From a virus (taxonomy: Duplodnaviria > Caudoviricetes), in the IMG/VR virus record IMGVR_UViG_3300035703_000091, positions 1-63,441 of that record: a DNA stretch of 63,441 bases; one strand, 5' to 3'. The number at the start of each line of letters is the position of its first letter. Position 1 is the stretch's first letter. Made by a program: the position numbers and the translations under genes. Positions 41,083 to 50,583 of the stretch are shown here, piece by piece. The notes under the pieces were generated by a model, which worked only from the letters and a program-made list of their open reading frames with translations, was not told where the DNA came from and made no database searches.

Positions 41083-42330
41083 TTACTTGCCGTCCGCCAG
41101 GTCGGCGGCGGCGACGATGTTCTTGACGAGCGCCTCACGGGCCTCGGCTTCGGTCGGCTCGTTGTCCTTCGAGGCGCTGACCTTCCCGGCCTTCTCCTCG
41201 TCGGCCTTCAGGGCCGTGATCTGCTTCTCGCCGGCGTCGGCCTTGGCCTTGGCGGCCAGATCGGCGACGGCCAGGGCGAAGGTGGCGACGTCGGTGCCGT
41301 CTTCCTTGGCCTTGGCCACCACGTCGGCCGGAACGGCGTGCGCGGCGGCGATGCGGTCGATGCCCGCCATGCGGGTGCGCTCGGCCGCCAGGGCCGAAGC
41401 GACGAGAGCGGCGGCGTCCACCGTCTCCGCCTTCGGTTCGATGGCCGGTTCGGCCGGGGTGTCGCTCATCGAGGTTCCCTTACGAGCAGTTGATCCGGCG
41501 GCCTGCGTCTTCTTGCGACCAGCGGAGAGTTCCGCCAGCACGCTCTCGAAGTCGCCGACCGCGTCGGCCAGACCGGCTTTCACCGCATCCTTACCGACGA
41601 AAGTGCCACCCTTCCCGAAGTCATTCAGGACGGTTTTGGTGTCCACGCCTCGGTTCCGGGCCACAGCCTCCACGAAGACCTCGCCCATGGCGTCGACGGT
41701 CTTCTGGATTTCGGCGTCGCCGGCCTCAGTGCCGGGGTCCGCGTTCTTGTTGGGCGAGACGGACGAGACGAAGCGGAACCGCTTGACGCCGCGCTTCTCG
41801 TCGGCGGCGGTCGTGTCCAGCGTGGCGATCTGGGCGCCGATGGAGCCCAGCACGGCCAGCGGGTCGACGATCACGCGATCGGCGGCGGAAGCCAGCCAGT
41901 AGCCCGCGGAAGCGCCCATGCCGCCGACATAGGCGATGATCGGCTTCTTGCCGCGAGCCTGGTAGACGGCCTCGGCCAGTTCGTTCACGCCCAGGGCGGA
42001 GCCGCCGGGCGAGTCGACGTTCAGCAGCACCGCCTTGACCTTGGGGTCGTCCATGGCGGTCTGAAAATCGCGCCGCAGGTTGGCGTAGGACGTCGCGCCC
42101 GACATCTCGGTCATGAGGTTGGCGCGCTGGAACATCGGGCCGATCGCCTCGATGATCGCCACGCCGTCGCGCATTTTGGCGCGTTCGGCGCGGTCGAGCG
42201 ACTTCGCCCGATAGGCTTCCAGCGCCTCGGGCGTCACCTCGTTCTGGCGAGATGCGATTTCAAGGAATCGCTCGAGCGCGTTCGGCTCCATCGCCCAAGT
42301 GGTCGTCAGGGCGGCGTCAAGAACCCGCAT
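41083..42330 (-). CDS. S49 prohead protease/scaffold (lambda C)
   Basis: VDSPGG, ASAGYWLAS, GSIG, GLAD. Confidence 0.92.
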   Translation of the reverse strand: MRVLDAALTTTWAMEPNALERFLEIASRQNEVTPEALEAYRAKSLDRAERAKMRDGVAIIEAIGPMFQRANLMTEMSGATSYANLRRDFQTAMDDPKVKAVLLNVDSPGGSALGVNELAEAVYQARGKKPIIAYVGGMGASAGYWLASAADRVIVDPLAVLGSIGAQIATLDTTAADEKRGVKRFRFVSSVSPNKNADPGTEAGDAEIQKTVDAMGEVFVEAVARNRGVDTKTVLNDFGKGGTFVGKDAVKAGLADAVGDFESVLAELSAGRKKTQAAGSTARKGTSMSDTPAEPAIEPKAETVDAAALVASALAAERTRMAGIDRIAAAHAVPADVVAKAKEDGTDVATFALAVADLAAKAKADAGEKQITALKADEEKAGKVSASKDNEPTEAEAREALVKNIVAAADLADGK

Positions 42331-43921
42331 TGGGGGCTCCTCCTTGCGTCGGCGCCGGGGTCGGCGGCGGAACGGCCGGCTTGGCCGGCGAGATGTCGAG
42401 TTTCAGGGCCTTGCGCTGCGCCACCTCGCGGCCACGCACTTCAAGGTTCCGGTAGATGTCGCCGCCCGTGACCTCGTGCGTGACCTCTTCGAGCGTCTTG
42501 ATGCCGAGGTCGACGTAAGCCTCGGCGGCTTTCGCTTCCTTGGCCGGATCGAGGGTGATCTGGGCCGGGCCGATCCAGTCGCATCCGCACCACGCGGCGC
42601 GGCGGATCGGGTCTTCAAAGAAGCCGGGGGCCTCGATGATGCCGCGGGCGACGCACTCAGCCAGGAACCACTCGTAGACCGGCTGGCAGAAGTTGCGGGC
42701 GAGCCAAGTGCGGCGCTCGAGGTAGAACTGGCGCGCGACTTCCAGAGCCGCCTTCGAGGCGGTGTAGCTAGACGAGAAGTGCATGATGAGCACTTCGTAG
42801 GGAATGCCGAGCGAAATCCCGATCTGACGGACCATCGCCAGCCAGAAGGGGTCGAAGTTCGGGTTCGGCCGGTTCGAGGAGATGACGGTCGGCTCCTCGC
42901 CGGGTGCGCCCTCGATGATTGTGCCCGAGCCGAGCGCGACCTGATTGGCCGGCAGCGGCGGCCCGCCGATCGTCTCGCCTTCGCCGACGATGTCGCTGCC
43001 GCCCTCGGTGTTCTTGATGAAGACCGTGAAGAAGGCCGACACGACCGCGGCCATGAGTTCGGCCTCGGTGTAGCGATCGAGTTGCTTCAGGCTCTCGATG
43101 ACGGGCGCAAGCGCCGGCACACCTCGGGTCAGGCCGATCCGGTCCTTGTCGAACAGGTGGATGACCAGGGGTGTCCCGTTCTCACCCATGACGGGCACGC
43201 GGACGAAATCGCGGTCGGTCGGGCGATAGGTCGTCGTGCGGACCAGATCATCGCCGGGGTGCGTGTTCCTAATGTGAACGGCGAGCGGCTGGCCGTCGCG
43301 GTCGACTTCCACGCCGTCTCGAATGTCGCGGGTGGAGCCGGCGGCGTCGTCAGGGGTCGCGACCCGGTCGGCCTCGATCATCTGGACGCATAGCGCCAGG
43401 AACGACCCGCCCTCTTTGTAGCGCCGCATGGCGAAGACGTCGCCGCTGTCGAAGGCGCCGAGGAAGGCGAGGGCCTGAAGTTCATAGAAGTTCTGGGTCC
43501 GCGTGACGTCGCAGAACTTGGAGCGGGCCCACAGGTCGAACAGGACTTCGGCGCGGTCCTCCCACGCTTCCGCCTGGGCGTCGGACAGGCCCAGCAGTTC
43601 GCGTTGCAGCATCGAGCGCATCCGCAGGCCGCGGCCGACGACGTTGACCTTCGAGGTGTTTCGCGCGCCGCGCGCCAGGCCGGCGTTGCGGGTTAGATCG
43701 CGCGAGCGGGCCCGCAACGCCGGCAGGTCGCCCAGCGAATCGCTGTCGGCGGAGCCCGCGGCCGGGTTGAAGTTCCGCATCGAGGTCTTTTCGGACCTCG
43801 CGCCGGCGTACTGGCCCGCGCCGTAGAAGGCGAGGCGGGCCTGGTAGTTGCGCGCGGCGAAACCGCCCAAGCCGATGTTGGACAGCGTGCGCTCGATCAG
43901 GTTGGGCTTCGGCAGGCTCAT
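42317..43921 (-). CDS. Portal protein, lambda family
   Basis: LRARSRDLTRN, RGVP.LAP, SSYTASKAA, LDPAKE. Confidence 0.93.
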   Translation of the reverse strand: MSLPKPNLIERTLSNIGLGGFAARNYQARLAFYGAGQYAGARSEKTSMRNFNPAAGSADSDSLGDLPALRARSRDLTRNAGLARGARNTSKVNVVGRGLRMRSMLQRELLGLSDAQAEAWEDRAEVLFDLWARSKFCDVTRTQNFYELQALAFLGAFDSGDVFAMRRYKEGGSFLALCVQMIEADRVATPDDAAGSTRDIRDGVEVDRDGQPLAVHIRNTHPGDDLVRTTTYRPTDRDFVRVPVMGENGTPLVIHLFDKDRIGLTRGVPALAPVIESLKQLDRYTEAELMAAVVSAFFTVFIKNTEGGSDIVGEGETIGGPPLPANQVALGSGTIIEGAPGEEPTVISSNRPNPNFDPFWLAMVRQIGISLGIPYEVLIMHFSSSYTASKAALEVARQFYLERRTWLARNFCQPVYEWFLAECVARGIIEAPGFFEDPIRRAAWCGCDWIGPAQITLDPAKEAKAAEAYVDLGIKTLEEVTHEVTGGDIYRNLEVRGREVAQRKALKLDISPAKPAVPPPTPAPTQGGAPNAGS

Positions 43922-44163
43922 AGCGGCACAGCCCGACGAACGCGACGGCGGGTCAGGCCGGCGGCTTCATTCTGGGCCAGCGGCTCGAGGCGGCGGCGTT
44001 CGGCGTAGAGCCACTCGAGATCGCCGCGCCAGACTTCGCGGCCGGTCGGGCCGTCGCCGATGCGGTAGCGTTGGCCCCGCTCGGAGACAGCCGTGATGGC
44101 CTCGTTCACCTGGGCGAGCGAGTCTCGATAGTAGGTCGGCGATCCGATGACGGGCGTCGGCAT
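43918..44163 (-). CDS. Head completion protein (gpW-like)
   Basis: AITAV..GQRYRIG..R; position before portal. Confidence 0.75.
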   Translation of the reverse strand: MPTPVIGSPTYYRDSLAQVNEAITAVSERGQRYRIGDGPTGREVWRGDLEWLYAERRRLEPLAQNEAAGLTRRRVRRAVPL

Positions 44164-44169
44164 GTCCGC

Positions 44170-44214
44170 ACACTACGGCGCAGCCGACTATTCCCGTGGG
44201 CGGTTCGGGTGGCG
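44170..44214 (-). promoter_or_regulatory. Putative late promoter
   Basis: CGTGGGCGGTTCGGGTGGC box; minus-strand TAGTGT 19 nt downstream. Confidence 0.5.
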
Positions 44215-44215
44215 G

Positions 44216-44491
44216 TTAGGTCTGGACCCCGCGCGGGTAACCCGGCTTGACGATGTCCTTCATCGTCGGCGGTACGGCGCCGGCCAGCATCATCTCGACG
44301 GCCACCTCGATCGGGCCCGACAGGGCGCTCTTGCCGTCTTCCAGCTTCGAGATGTGCGATCCGCCGTAGCGCGGCGACAGCTTCAGAGCCCTGGCGAGTT
44401 CGGCCCGCGTCAGCGGGCGGCCGAGACCCCACAGGTCTCCCAGCTTCTCGCGGGCGGTCGTGATGTACGCCGAAACTTCACCGTCTTGCAT
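44216..44491 (-). CDS. XRE HTH protein (moron between terminase and gpW)
   Basis: LTRAELARAL..HISKLEDGK; own TTGACC-N17-TATGAC promoter and AGGAGG RBS. Confidence 0.8.
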   Translation of the reverse strand: MQDGEVSAYITTAREKLGDLWGLGRPLTRAELARALKLSPRYGGSHISKLEDGKSALSGPIEVAVEMMLAGAVPPTMKDIVKPGYPRGVQT

Positions 44492-44539
44492 TCTTTCCTC
44501 CTGATGGGAATGAAGTCATAGATGGCCTCATTCGCGAGG

Positions 44540-46510
44540 TCAAGCGGTCAAGCCTTGGCTTCTGACGCGCCGGCCGCGGCTGGCGGGCACGGGCGCGACC
44601 TTTGCAGGCTCGATGGCCGCGTCCTTGCGGTTCATCATAGCACGCCATTCGGCCAGGCGGCGCGAGACGTCAACAGGCGAAGAACGTCGCGCAGCAAAGG
44701 CATAGATACGACAGTCCCAAGGCTCGTTTCTGCCGCCATCCGGCGTGTGCCATTCGTTGTAGGCGCGGCCGAACTTGTATTTAGTGATCCGCTTCTCGAT
44801 GGTCAGGCCGGCGAAGTATGCTTCGTCGTACTTCTCGTTCTTCGGGAAGTGGCAGTAACCCGGCCCAGGTTCTCGCAGGAGCAGGCGGCGTTGCGTGGCC
44901 GACTTGGCGTCGTCCAGGCCGATCAGGAAGACGTCGGTCTGCTTCGCGACGTTGCGCGTCGCCTTTTTCGGCCAGATCGGCTTGCCGATGCTGCTCGTCG
45001 GGCCCTTGATGGCGAAGACGCGGCGCGAGAATCGCGGCCGGCAGAAGTCGTAGACCTTGTGGGTCTCGAAGCCGGAGTCGACGCAGGCCGTGTCGATGCG
45101 GATGGTCGGGCCGTAGGGGTGGCGGAAGGTCCGCAGGAGGTGGTCGTCGAGCGCCTCCCAGAACGAAGACGAGCCAGGGTCTCCGTAGTGGACCTCGTAG
45201 TCGAGCGACCACGACTCCTCGCCCTCGCCCCAGCCGACGGTCTCACACTCCCAGCGGTTGCCCTGAATGTCGACGCCGGCGGTGACGATGCCGACACCTT
45301 CCGGCAGCGGGTCAAACGAGTAGTTCTCCCGGCGCCCGAACAGGGTCGTCGGGTCGGCGCGCTCGCCGCCGATCTCGAACGTCTCGCCCAGGACGGTGTT
45401 CACCCAGGTCTTCAGGCGGTCGGGATAGTCCTTGACCTCGAGGAACTCCCGCACGACGCGCATCAGCGGCACGCGCTTCGAGGCCAACTGCGAAGCGTGG
45501 AAGCTGGCGTGGCCGCGGAACTCCTTGGCCGCGATCCACCCGTGGTCGGCGCGGAGCATGGAGGCCGAGATCGCGTCCTGGCGCTGGGCCTCGGTCCACG
45601 CCTTGCCGCAGCCGACTTCGCCCGTCTCGGAATCGTGGGCGTCCGCGTCACAGTGGTACAGCGCCTTGTCAGGCTGACCCTCGGGCCACCTCACGTTCTT
45701 CCACTTGAACGACTGAAGCAGGCCGCAATGGGGGCAGTTGACGTGGAAGCGCCTCTGGTCGCCCTCGAGATACGATGCCTCGATCCGGCTGTCGCCCTTG
45801 ATCGTCGGGGTCGACGCCAGCACGATCTTGCGGTTCCAGAAGGTCGTCGTCCGCTTCTCGGCCAGCGCGACCGGGTCGCCCTCGCCCTTGCCGCCACCGC
45901 GGCCGGCATCCTTGGGGTAGCCGTCAATCTCGTCGAGCAGGACGACACGGATGGGGCGCGAGGCGAGGCCGCGGGGGGCGTTGGCACCGGCCAGGGCGAT
46001 GTAGCCGCCGGGGAACGCCTTGTTCCGCAGCGTGTCGGAGGCGTCGCGCGTCTTGCCGTTCGAGCCGAAGATCGCCGACAAGACCGGCGTGTCGCGGATC
46101 ATCGGGTCGAGGCGCTGCTTCGAGAAGTTCTCGGCCTCGTCGATCGAGTTCTGGACCAGCAGGATCGGTGACGGGTCGCCGTGGGCGAAGTAGCCGGCCA
46201 GATTGAGGATCAGTTCAGTCTTGGCCAACTGCGCGGCCATCATGACCGTGACCTTCTCGACCGTGGGATCGGACGCGGCGTCCATGATGCCCTTGGCCAG
46301 GGGCTCGTTCGACGTCCGCCAGCGGCCCGGCAGGGCGGCGCTCTCAGCCGAGAGGTAGCGATAGGTGTCCGCCCACTCCGACAGCGTCAGTTTCGGCGGT
46401 GGGGTGTAGGCACGGGCCAGGCCGGAGCGCACGGCGACGCGCAGCCGGTCGCGCATCGCGTCCCGGTTCTGCTCGACGACGCCGTAGGTCTTGGCTTCAG
46501 CCAACGTCAT
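44540..46510 (-). CDS. Terminase large subunit (lambda gpA family)
   Basis: AAQLAKTE, LDEIDGY, STPT, CPHC, AGVDIQ, RNEPWDC. Confidence 0.95.
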   Translation of the reverse strand: MTLAEAKTYGVVEQNRDAMRDRLRVAVRSGLARAYTPPPKLTLSEWADTYRYLSAESAALPGRWRTSNEPLAKGIMDAASDPTVEKVTVMMAAQLAKTELILNLAGYFAHGDPSPILLVQNSIDEAENFSKQRLDPMIRDTPVLSAIFGSNGKTRDASDTLRNKAFPGGYIALAGANAPRGLASRPIRVVLLDEIDGYPKDAGRGGGKGEGDPVALAEKRTTTFWNRKIVLASTPTIKGDSRIEASYLEGDQRRFHVNCPHCGLLQSFKWKNVRWPEGQPDKALYHCDADAHDSETGEVGCGKAWTEAQRQDAISASMLRADHGWIAAKEFRGHASFHASQLASKRVPLMRVVREFLEVKDYPDRLKTWVNTVLGETFEIGGERADPTTLFGRRENYSFDPLPEGVGIVTAGVDIQGNRWECETVGWGEGEESWSLDYEVHYGDPGSSSFWEALDDHLLRTFRHPYGPTIRIDTACVDSGFETHKVYDFCRPRFSRRVFAIKGPTSSIGKPIWPKKATRNVAKQTDVFLIGLDDAKSATQRRLLLREPGPGYCHFPKNEKYDEAYFAGLTIEKRITKYKFGRAYNEWHTPDGGRNEPWDCRIYAFAARRSSPVDVSRRLAEWRAMMNRKDAAIEPAKVAPVPASRGRRVRSQGLTA

Positions 46511-47042
46511 GATCCGCGCTCTCGCCCAGATAGGACGAGACCTCGGTCAGGGCATCCACGATGGCGCTCTCGACAGCCGACACCAGCTTCTCGGAGGCCG
46601 GGCGGTCGTTGTTCAGGTGCGTCAGGGCGATCGGGCGGACGGCGTTCGGTATGGCCAGGAGTCTCGAGCGCACGCGCGAGTGCTCGTCGACCACTATGGC
46701 CTTCACCTCGTCGATCGGGACCAACTGGCCGGCGCGCTCGGCGGCGTCCAGTTCGTGCTTGTCGGCGAGGGCTCGCTCCTTCCGGGCCTTGGCCTCGTCT
46801 TCGGTCTCGATCATGTCTTCGTTGAACGGGTCAGCGGCCTTCTGCCGAGGCGTCTTGGCCCGGCCGTCGCGGTTCTGGAACTTGCTGGCCGCGTACCACT
46901 CGATGACTTCGCGGGTCTCGAACTCCCACTCGACGCCCTTGGAGCCCTGCCGGGTGTATGGCAGGCCGTCGTCGAGCCAGGCGGTGACGGTCGGCTTGGA
47001 AATCCCGAGGATTTCGGCCAGTTGGGCGCGGTTGACCCTCAT
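46497..47042 (-). CDS. Terminase small subunit (Nu1-like)
   Basis: VNRAQLAEILGISKPTVTAW..GLP winged HTH + coiled coil. Confidence 0.9.
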   Translation of the reverse strand: MRVNRAQLAEILGISKPTVTAWLDDGLPYTRQGSKGVEWEFETREVIEWYAASKFQNRDGRAKTPRQKAADPFNEDMIETEDEAKARKERALADKHELDAAERAGQLVPIDEVKAIVVDEHSRVRSRLLAIPNAVRPIALTHLNNDRPASEKLVSAVESAIVDALTEVSSYLGESADHDVG

Positions 47043-47551
47043 CGCTCGAGCATCCCGGCCACCAACCACGACAGATCGGCCTCGGTGCCGTCGTTCACGA
47101 GCAGGCGGTCATAGGGAAGGTCGGCGTTCTCCGACGCATGGGCCATTTTCGCCGTTCCGGGGCGCTCGACACGCCAGATCACGCCCCCCAGGGCCCTGAT
47201 CGCCTCGATTTCGTTCGGGAATCGCACGTCATCGGCCACGATCGACGCGCCCGCATCGACTAGGGCTCGGGCCTTCCGGGTCCACAGCTTGACCCAGATG
47301 TCGGGATTTATCTGCTCGCGGCCCCAATCCGTGCCGAGGGTCTGCATCATGAGCCGCGGCGTGACCCCCAGGTCGTCCATGACGACCTCTTTCTGGGAGC
47401 CATAGAGTTGCTCGCGGGTCAGGCCGACCGCGCCAAGCATGGATTTGAGGGGATCGGCGAAGGCCAGGCGGTTGAAGTCGAACGACCGCTCGAGCACGCC
47501 GGCGGCCGTGCTCTTACCGGAGCCAGCCAAGCCGCAGATTCCAACGATCAT
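47039..47551 (-). CDS. Deoxynucleoside monophosphate kinase
   Basis: GLAGSGKST, FADPLK, PRLMMQTLGTDWGR, DVRFPNE, HASE. Confidence 0.9.
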   Translation of the reverse strand: MIVGICGLAGSGKSTAAGVLERSFDFNRLAFADPLKSMLGAVGLTREQLYGSQKEVVMDDLGVTPRLMMQTLGTDWGREQINPDIWVKLWTRKARALVDAGASIVADDVRFPNEIEAIRALGGVIWRVERPGTAKMAHASENADLPYDRLLVNDGTEADLSWLVAGMLER

Positions 47552-47710
47552 TCTTGCCTTCCGGGCGAAATCTCTCCGAGAAGACAAGTCTGCCCCCGAA
47601 AAGCCCGCCAGATGGGGCGTTTTCGGTCGCCATGGGCCATTCTGATAGCTTCCGCTCATGGCCTGACGCGGGAAACAAATCGACTTTTCACATTTGCAGC
47701 TAGCCATAGA

Positions 47711-47784
47711 TCGGGGTTCGCCCGTCACCCGCACCCGCACGGCCCCTGGGAGAACCTAAAAAAGTCAATTAAATCAATGACTTA
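47711..47784 (-). promoter_or_regulatory. Putative cos region with IHF site
   Basis: Minus AGGTTCT (cosQ-like) followed by the partial dyad GCGGGTGACGGGCGAACCCCG; perfect IHF consensus AATCAATGACTTA at 47772-47784; upstream of Nu1/gpA. Confidence 0.5.
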
Positions 47785-48005
47785 GGTCATGTGTTGCATG
47801 GATGACACATAGGACAATCATCCTATTTGCGAATGAGTGGCAAGTGCGTTTGCATTCGTTTGCATAAGCGAATGTTATGGGCCACGTCGGGGCGGGGCCT
47901 AGGCGTCAGTCGGATTGATCGTCGCCGGGCGGGGTTGACCTAGCAGCCCCGGCGGGTCATGCGCGCGCGTATGCGCGAGGGCGCGCGGCCTCTATGGCGT
48001 CGCCG

Positions 48006-48053
48006 GATTTATCGGTTGACAGGGTGCGGGATGCGTGGTTTTATTCCGGCATC
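48006..48053 (+). promoter_or_regulatory. Repeated cassette promoter
   Basis: GATTTATCGG-TTGACA ... GGTTTTATTCC starting 21 nt after the start of TTGAC. Confidence 0.75.
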
Positions 48054-48071
48054 AAGAACGGAGTCGCAGTC

Positions 48072-48338
48072 ATGACCGCCAAGATTCACCCGCAAATCCG
48101 AGACGCCTTCAATGCTGGCGTTCTCGCTTCGCCCGGCGCTCAATGCCCTCATATCTGGTCGTCGGATTGCTTTGAGGCATGGGAAGCCGGGCGCGCGCTG
48201 GCGTCGCAGGGCCACGACGTCGAGTCGCTGGTCAAAAAGTCCCGCGCGACCTTCACGGCCCGCCTTTCCAGCGGGCGCGAAGTTTCCGCGACCGTCCGCT
48301 ATGTCGGCAAGGGCTCGCATCAAATCGCCCTCTCCTAA
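48072..48338 (+). CDS. Hypothetical protein
   Basis: GGAG RBS after promoter. Confidence 0.7.
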   Translation: MTAKIHPQIRDAFNAGVLASPGAQCPHIWSSDCFEAWEAGRALASQGHDVESLVKKSRATFTARLSSGREVSATVRYVGKGSHQIALS

Positions 48339-48369
48339 CCCCATCCCTCCCGCACAAGGACTCACGCCC

Positions 48370-48714
48370 ATGGCCACCCTCGCCCCCAGCGTCTTCAACG
48401 TCAGCCCCATGCGCGACATGGGCTCGCCCAGCGGCGAAGACGAAACTTGGTTCGTTCCGTGCGAAGCGGAGGACGCCGAACAATGGACGGTATTTTATAC
48501 TCCGAGAGGCGAGCGCGCCGATCCTTTACCCGTAGCAGACTTCGCCACTAAAGATGAAGCGGACAAGCTTGCGGCGGAAATCGTCAACCTTCGCCCCGGC
48601 GACGTTTTCGAGACGATGCACGGATGGTTCGTCGTGATCGACTCGCATGACTTCGCCGCTGACGGCCCCATGACCGAGGCCGAGGCGCGCGAACACGGCG
48701 ACACGTTCGCCTAA
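48370..48714 (+). CDS. Hypothetical acidic protein
   Basis: AAGGA RBS in repeated leader. Confidence 0.7.
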   Translation: MATLAPSVFNVSPMRDMGSPSGEDETWFVPCEAEDAEQWTVFYTPRGERADPLPVADFATKDEADKLAAEIVNLRPGDVFETMHGWFVVIDSHDFAADGPMTEAEAREHGDTFA

Positions 48715-48746
48715 GCCCCATCCCCTCCCGAACAAGGACTCACGCC

Positions 48747-48998
48747 ATGCGCCGTCACCTTCTCCCCTTCGCCGCCTTTCTCGCCTTCGCGTCCGCGCCT
48801 TGGATCATCGCCGCCGACGCGGCGAAGCTGGCGCGCCAGTGCGCGACCGACTCGGAATGCGCCGCCATGCACGGCGGGAGCGGCGACCCCGTCCCCATGC
48901 CGCGCCTAGTCGCCTTCGGATGCGACGGCGCGGCGGGCCCGCTCTATGCGCGCGAGGAGTCGGACCTGCCCCGTTGCGACGTTGTCGAGACGTTCTAG
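48747..48998 (+). CDS. Small secreted Cys-containing protein
   Basis: Signal peptide; CATDSEC and GCDGAAGPLY...C. Confidence 0.7.
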   Translation: MRRHLLPFAAFLAFASAPWIIAADAAKLARQCATDSECAAMHGGSGDPVPMPRLVAFGCDGAAGPLYAREESDLPRCDVVETF

Positions 48999-49031
48999 GG
49001 CCGCGCCTTCACCCGCTTCGCCGTCGTCCGA

Positions 49032-49310
49032 ATGAACGACTCGGACTTTTGGCGGCTGACGCATCTTCGGAGCGGGGCAAGCGTCGACTCTATCCTTCCC
49101 GCCCTCCCGCGCAAGCTGACCATGGCGGATAAACTCGCCGTTGCGGCGGCCTTTGAAACGCTGACGTATTGCGATTGGTCGGCGTTCGACTCCCTCCCTC
49201 AAGTCACGCTCGAGACGAAGGACGCGCCCCGGCTGACGCCCTCGCCCTCGCTCCGCGTGACTATGGATGAAATGCGGCGCGTTGCGTGGCAAGCCTTGGG
49301 AGTCGCCTAA
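49032..49310 (+). CDS. Hypothetical protein
   Basis: ORF coupled to next gene; start uncertain. Confidence 0.45.
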   Translation: MNDSDFWRLTHLRSGASVDSILPALPRKLTMADKLAVAAAFETLTYCDWSAFDSLPQVTLETKDAPRLTPSPSLRVTMDEMRRVAWQALGVA

Positions 49311-49507
49311 TGGCCGCCCCCATCATTCCCGACCTGCCGCACGGCTGCGGCTCTTGGATCATCGTCCGCAAGGGGACGCTGGACTCGGTCGCGGAGTTTT
49401 TCGACCGCGCCACGGTCGAGCGCGTCAACGGCGAGCGTTACGACGCCCTCACGGCGCTCGATTACCTGGGCCGCCTCAATCGCCAGATACGGGACGCGGG
49501 AGCCTAA
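49310..49507 (+). CDS. Hypothetical protein
   Basis: GGAG RBS; SWIIVRK..VAEFF...TALDYL..LN. Confidence 0.65.
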   Translation: MAAPIIPDLPHGCGSWIIVRKGTLDSVAEFFDRATVERVNGERYDALTALDYLGRLNRQIRDAGA

Positions 49508-50100
49508 ACCGCTCCCGTCTCCGCCCATCGCACTAGCAGCCGCCCATATATCGGCCCAAACTCGCGCCGGACGGTGCCGGCGACTATCTCGAGCGCGTCG
49601 AGCCGTTCGGGCACGTCGGCGCCTGTTTGCAGCTTCCCCATGACGATTAGGGGAAGGCGGCTCTTACCCTTGCGTCTGACGACTAGCGCCCCGCCGAACG
49701 TCTCAATGACGAAAGGCTTACGCTTGGACCGTGCCGCGCTCCGCAAAGTCCGGCGGACCTGCGTATGCGTCCCCACGCGCGAGATGGCGCCGCCGGGATA
49801 GGTGGGAACAAAAAGCTTGCCGCGCTTCTCCTCCCCGATCCCGACGACGTGCCGCCCCATGTAGCGGTCCACGCTCCCGACTTGGGCGTTTAGGTTGCCC
49901 GACGACGCCGGGCGCATCCTCACGCCCTTGTCGATCCACGTCCGCCGCTTGTGAAAGACCTTGTGACCCGCGCGCCAGTAGGGCACGGCCTTTTCAGCCG
50001 TGAACGTGAGCGACTTTGCCGCCATGACGCGCGACACACTGGCCAGCCTGTTTAGGCGGCGCAGATCGCGGCCGTCGAGCGTGAGGACGATTTCAGTCAT
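49504..50100 (-). CDS. Basic protein, possibly lambda Z-like tail completion
   Basis: AAKSLTFTA..VF..R.W; typical position upstream of cos/terminase. Confidence 0.55.
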   Translation of the reverse strand: MTEIVLTLDGRDLRRLNRLASVSRVMAAKSLTFTAEKAVPYWRAGHKVFHKRRTWIDKGVRMRPASSGNLNAQVGSVDRYMGRHVVGIGEEKRGKLFVPTYPGGAISRVGTHTQVRRTLRSAARSKRKPFVIETFGGALVVRRKGKSRLPLIVMGKLQTGADVPERLDALEIVAGTVRREFGPIYGRLLVRWAETGAV

Positions 50101-50123
50101 GCGATTTTCCGCATATCCGCGCC

Positions 50124-50528
50124 CTATGCGCCTTCGGGCATAAGCGGCGCACCCTCCTGCACGATGGCGCGCACGGCCGCGCGGGCCTCGTCTAGGCTCC
50201 GCATCTTCGCCACGCGCACGTCAAAACCGAGGCCGCGCAAGAGCGCGTGTCGGGCCTTCTGATCGGCATTGAGCGAGCCGCCGTCCGCCTTGTTTTCCAG
50301 CAGGATCAGGCGAGCGCCGGGGAAGTAGAATCGCAGGTCCGGCTCCCCGGCCTTCATGCCGGTTGCGCGCGCAAGGTCGCGCTGGCCTGGGTGCAGCCTC
50401 ACGCCCTCTAGCCCGGCGGCATAGGCGAAGGCGTGGCCGGCGGCGAGCAACGCCTCGCATTCGGCGACCTGCTCCGCTTGCAAGCGCCATTCGGGAATGC
50501 GGTTTGAGGTTCGGTCGGCGGCGGCCAT
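50124..50528 (-). CDS. VRR-NUC domain nuclease
   Basis: EWRLQ, GMKAGEPDL, LENK..GSLNADQ. Confidence 0.85.
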   Translation of the reverse strand: MAAADRTSNRIPEWRLQAEQVAECEALLAAGHAFAYAAGLEGVRLHPGQRDLARATGMKAGEPDLRFYFPGARLILLENKADGGSLNADQKARHALLRGLGFDVRVAKMRSLDEARAAVRAIVQEGAPLMPEGA

Positions 50529-50531
50529 GCG

Positions 50532-50560
50532 AAAAACCCTAGGCCTTGCGGGCCTAGGGG
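50532..50560 (-). terminator. Intrinsic terminator
   Basis: CCCTAGGCC-CGCAA-GGCCTAGGG-TTTTT. Confidence 0.8.
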
Positions 50561-50583
50561 TCGCGGCGGGTTGGGTGGCGGGC

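Noticed and set aside
47762-47785. CtrA box near cos
   Set aside because: TTAA and TTAG are 9 nt apart rather than 7; the sequence fits the IHF consensus instead
47889-47900. GGGGCGGGGCCT as a lambda-like cohesive end
   Set aside because: Wrong orientation relative to the terminase genes and no cosQ-like context; 47711-47757 fits better, though also unproven
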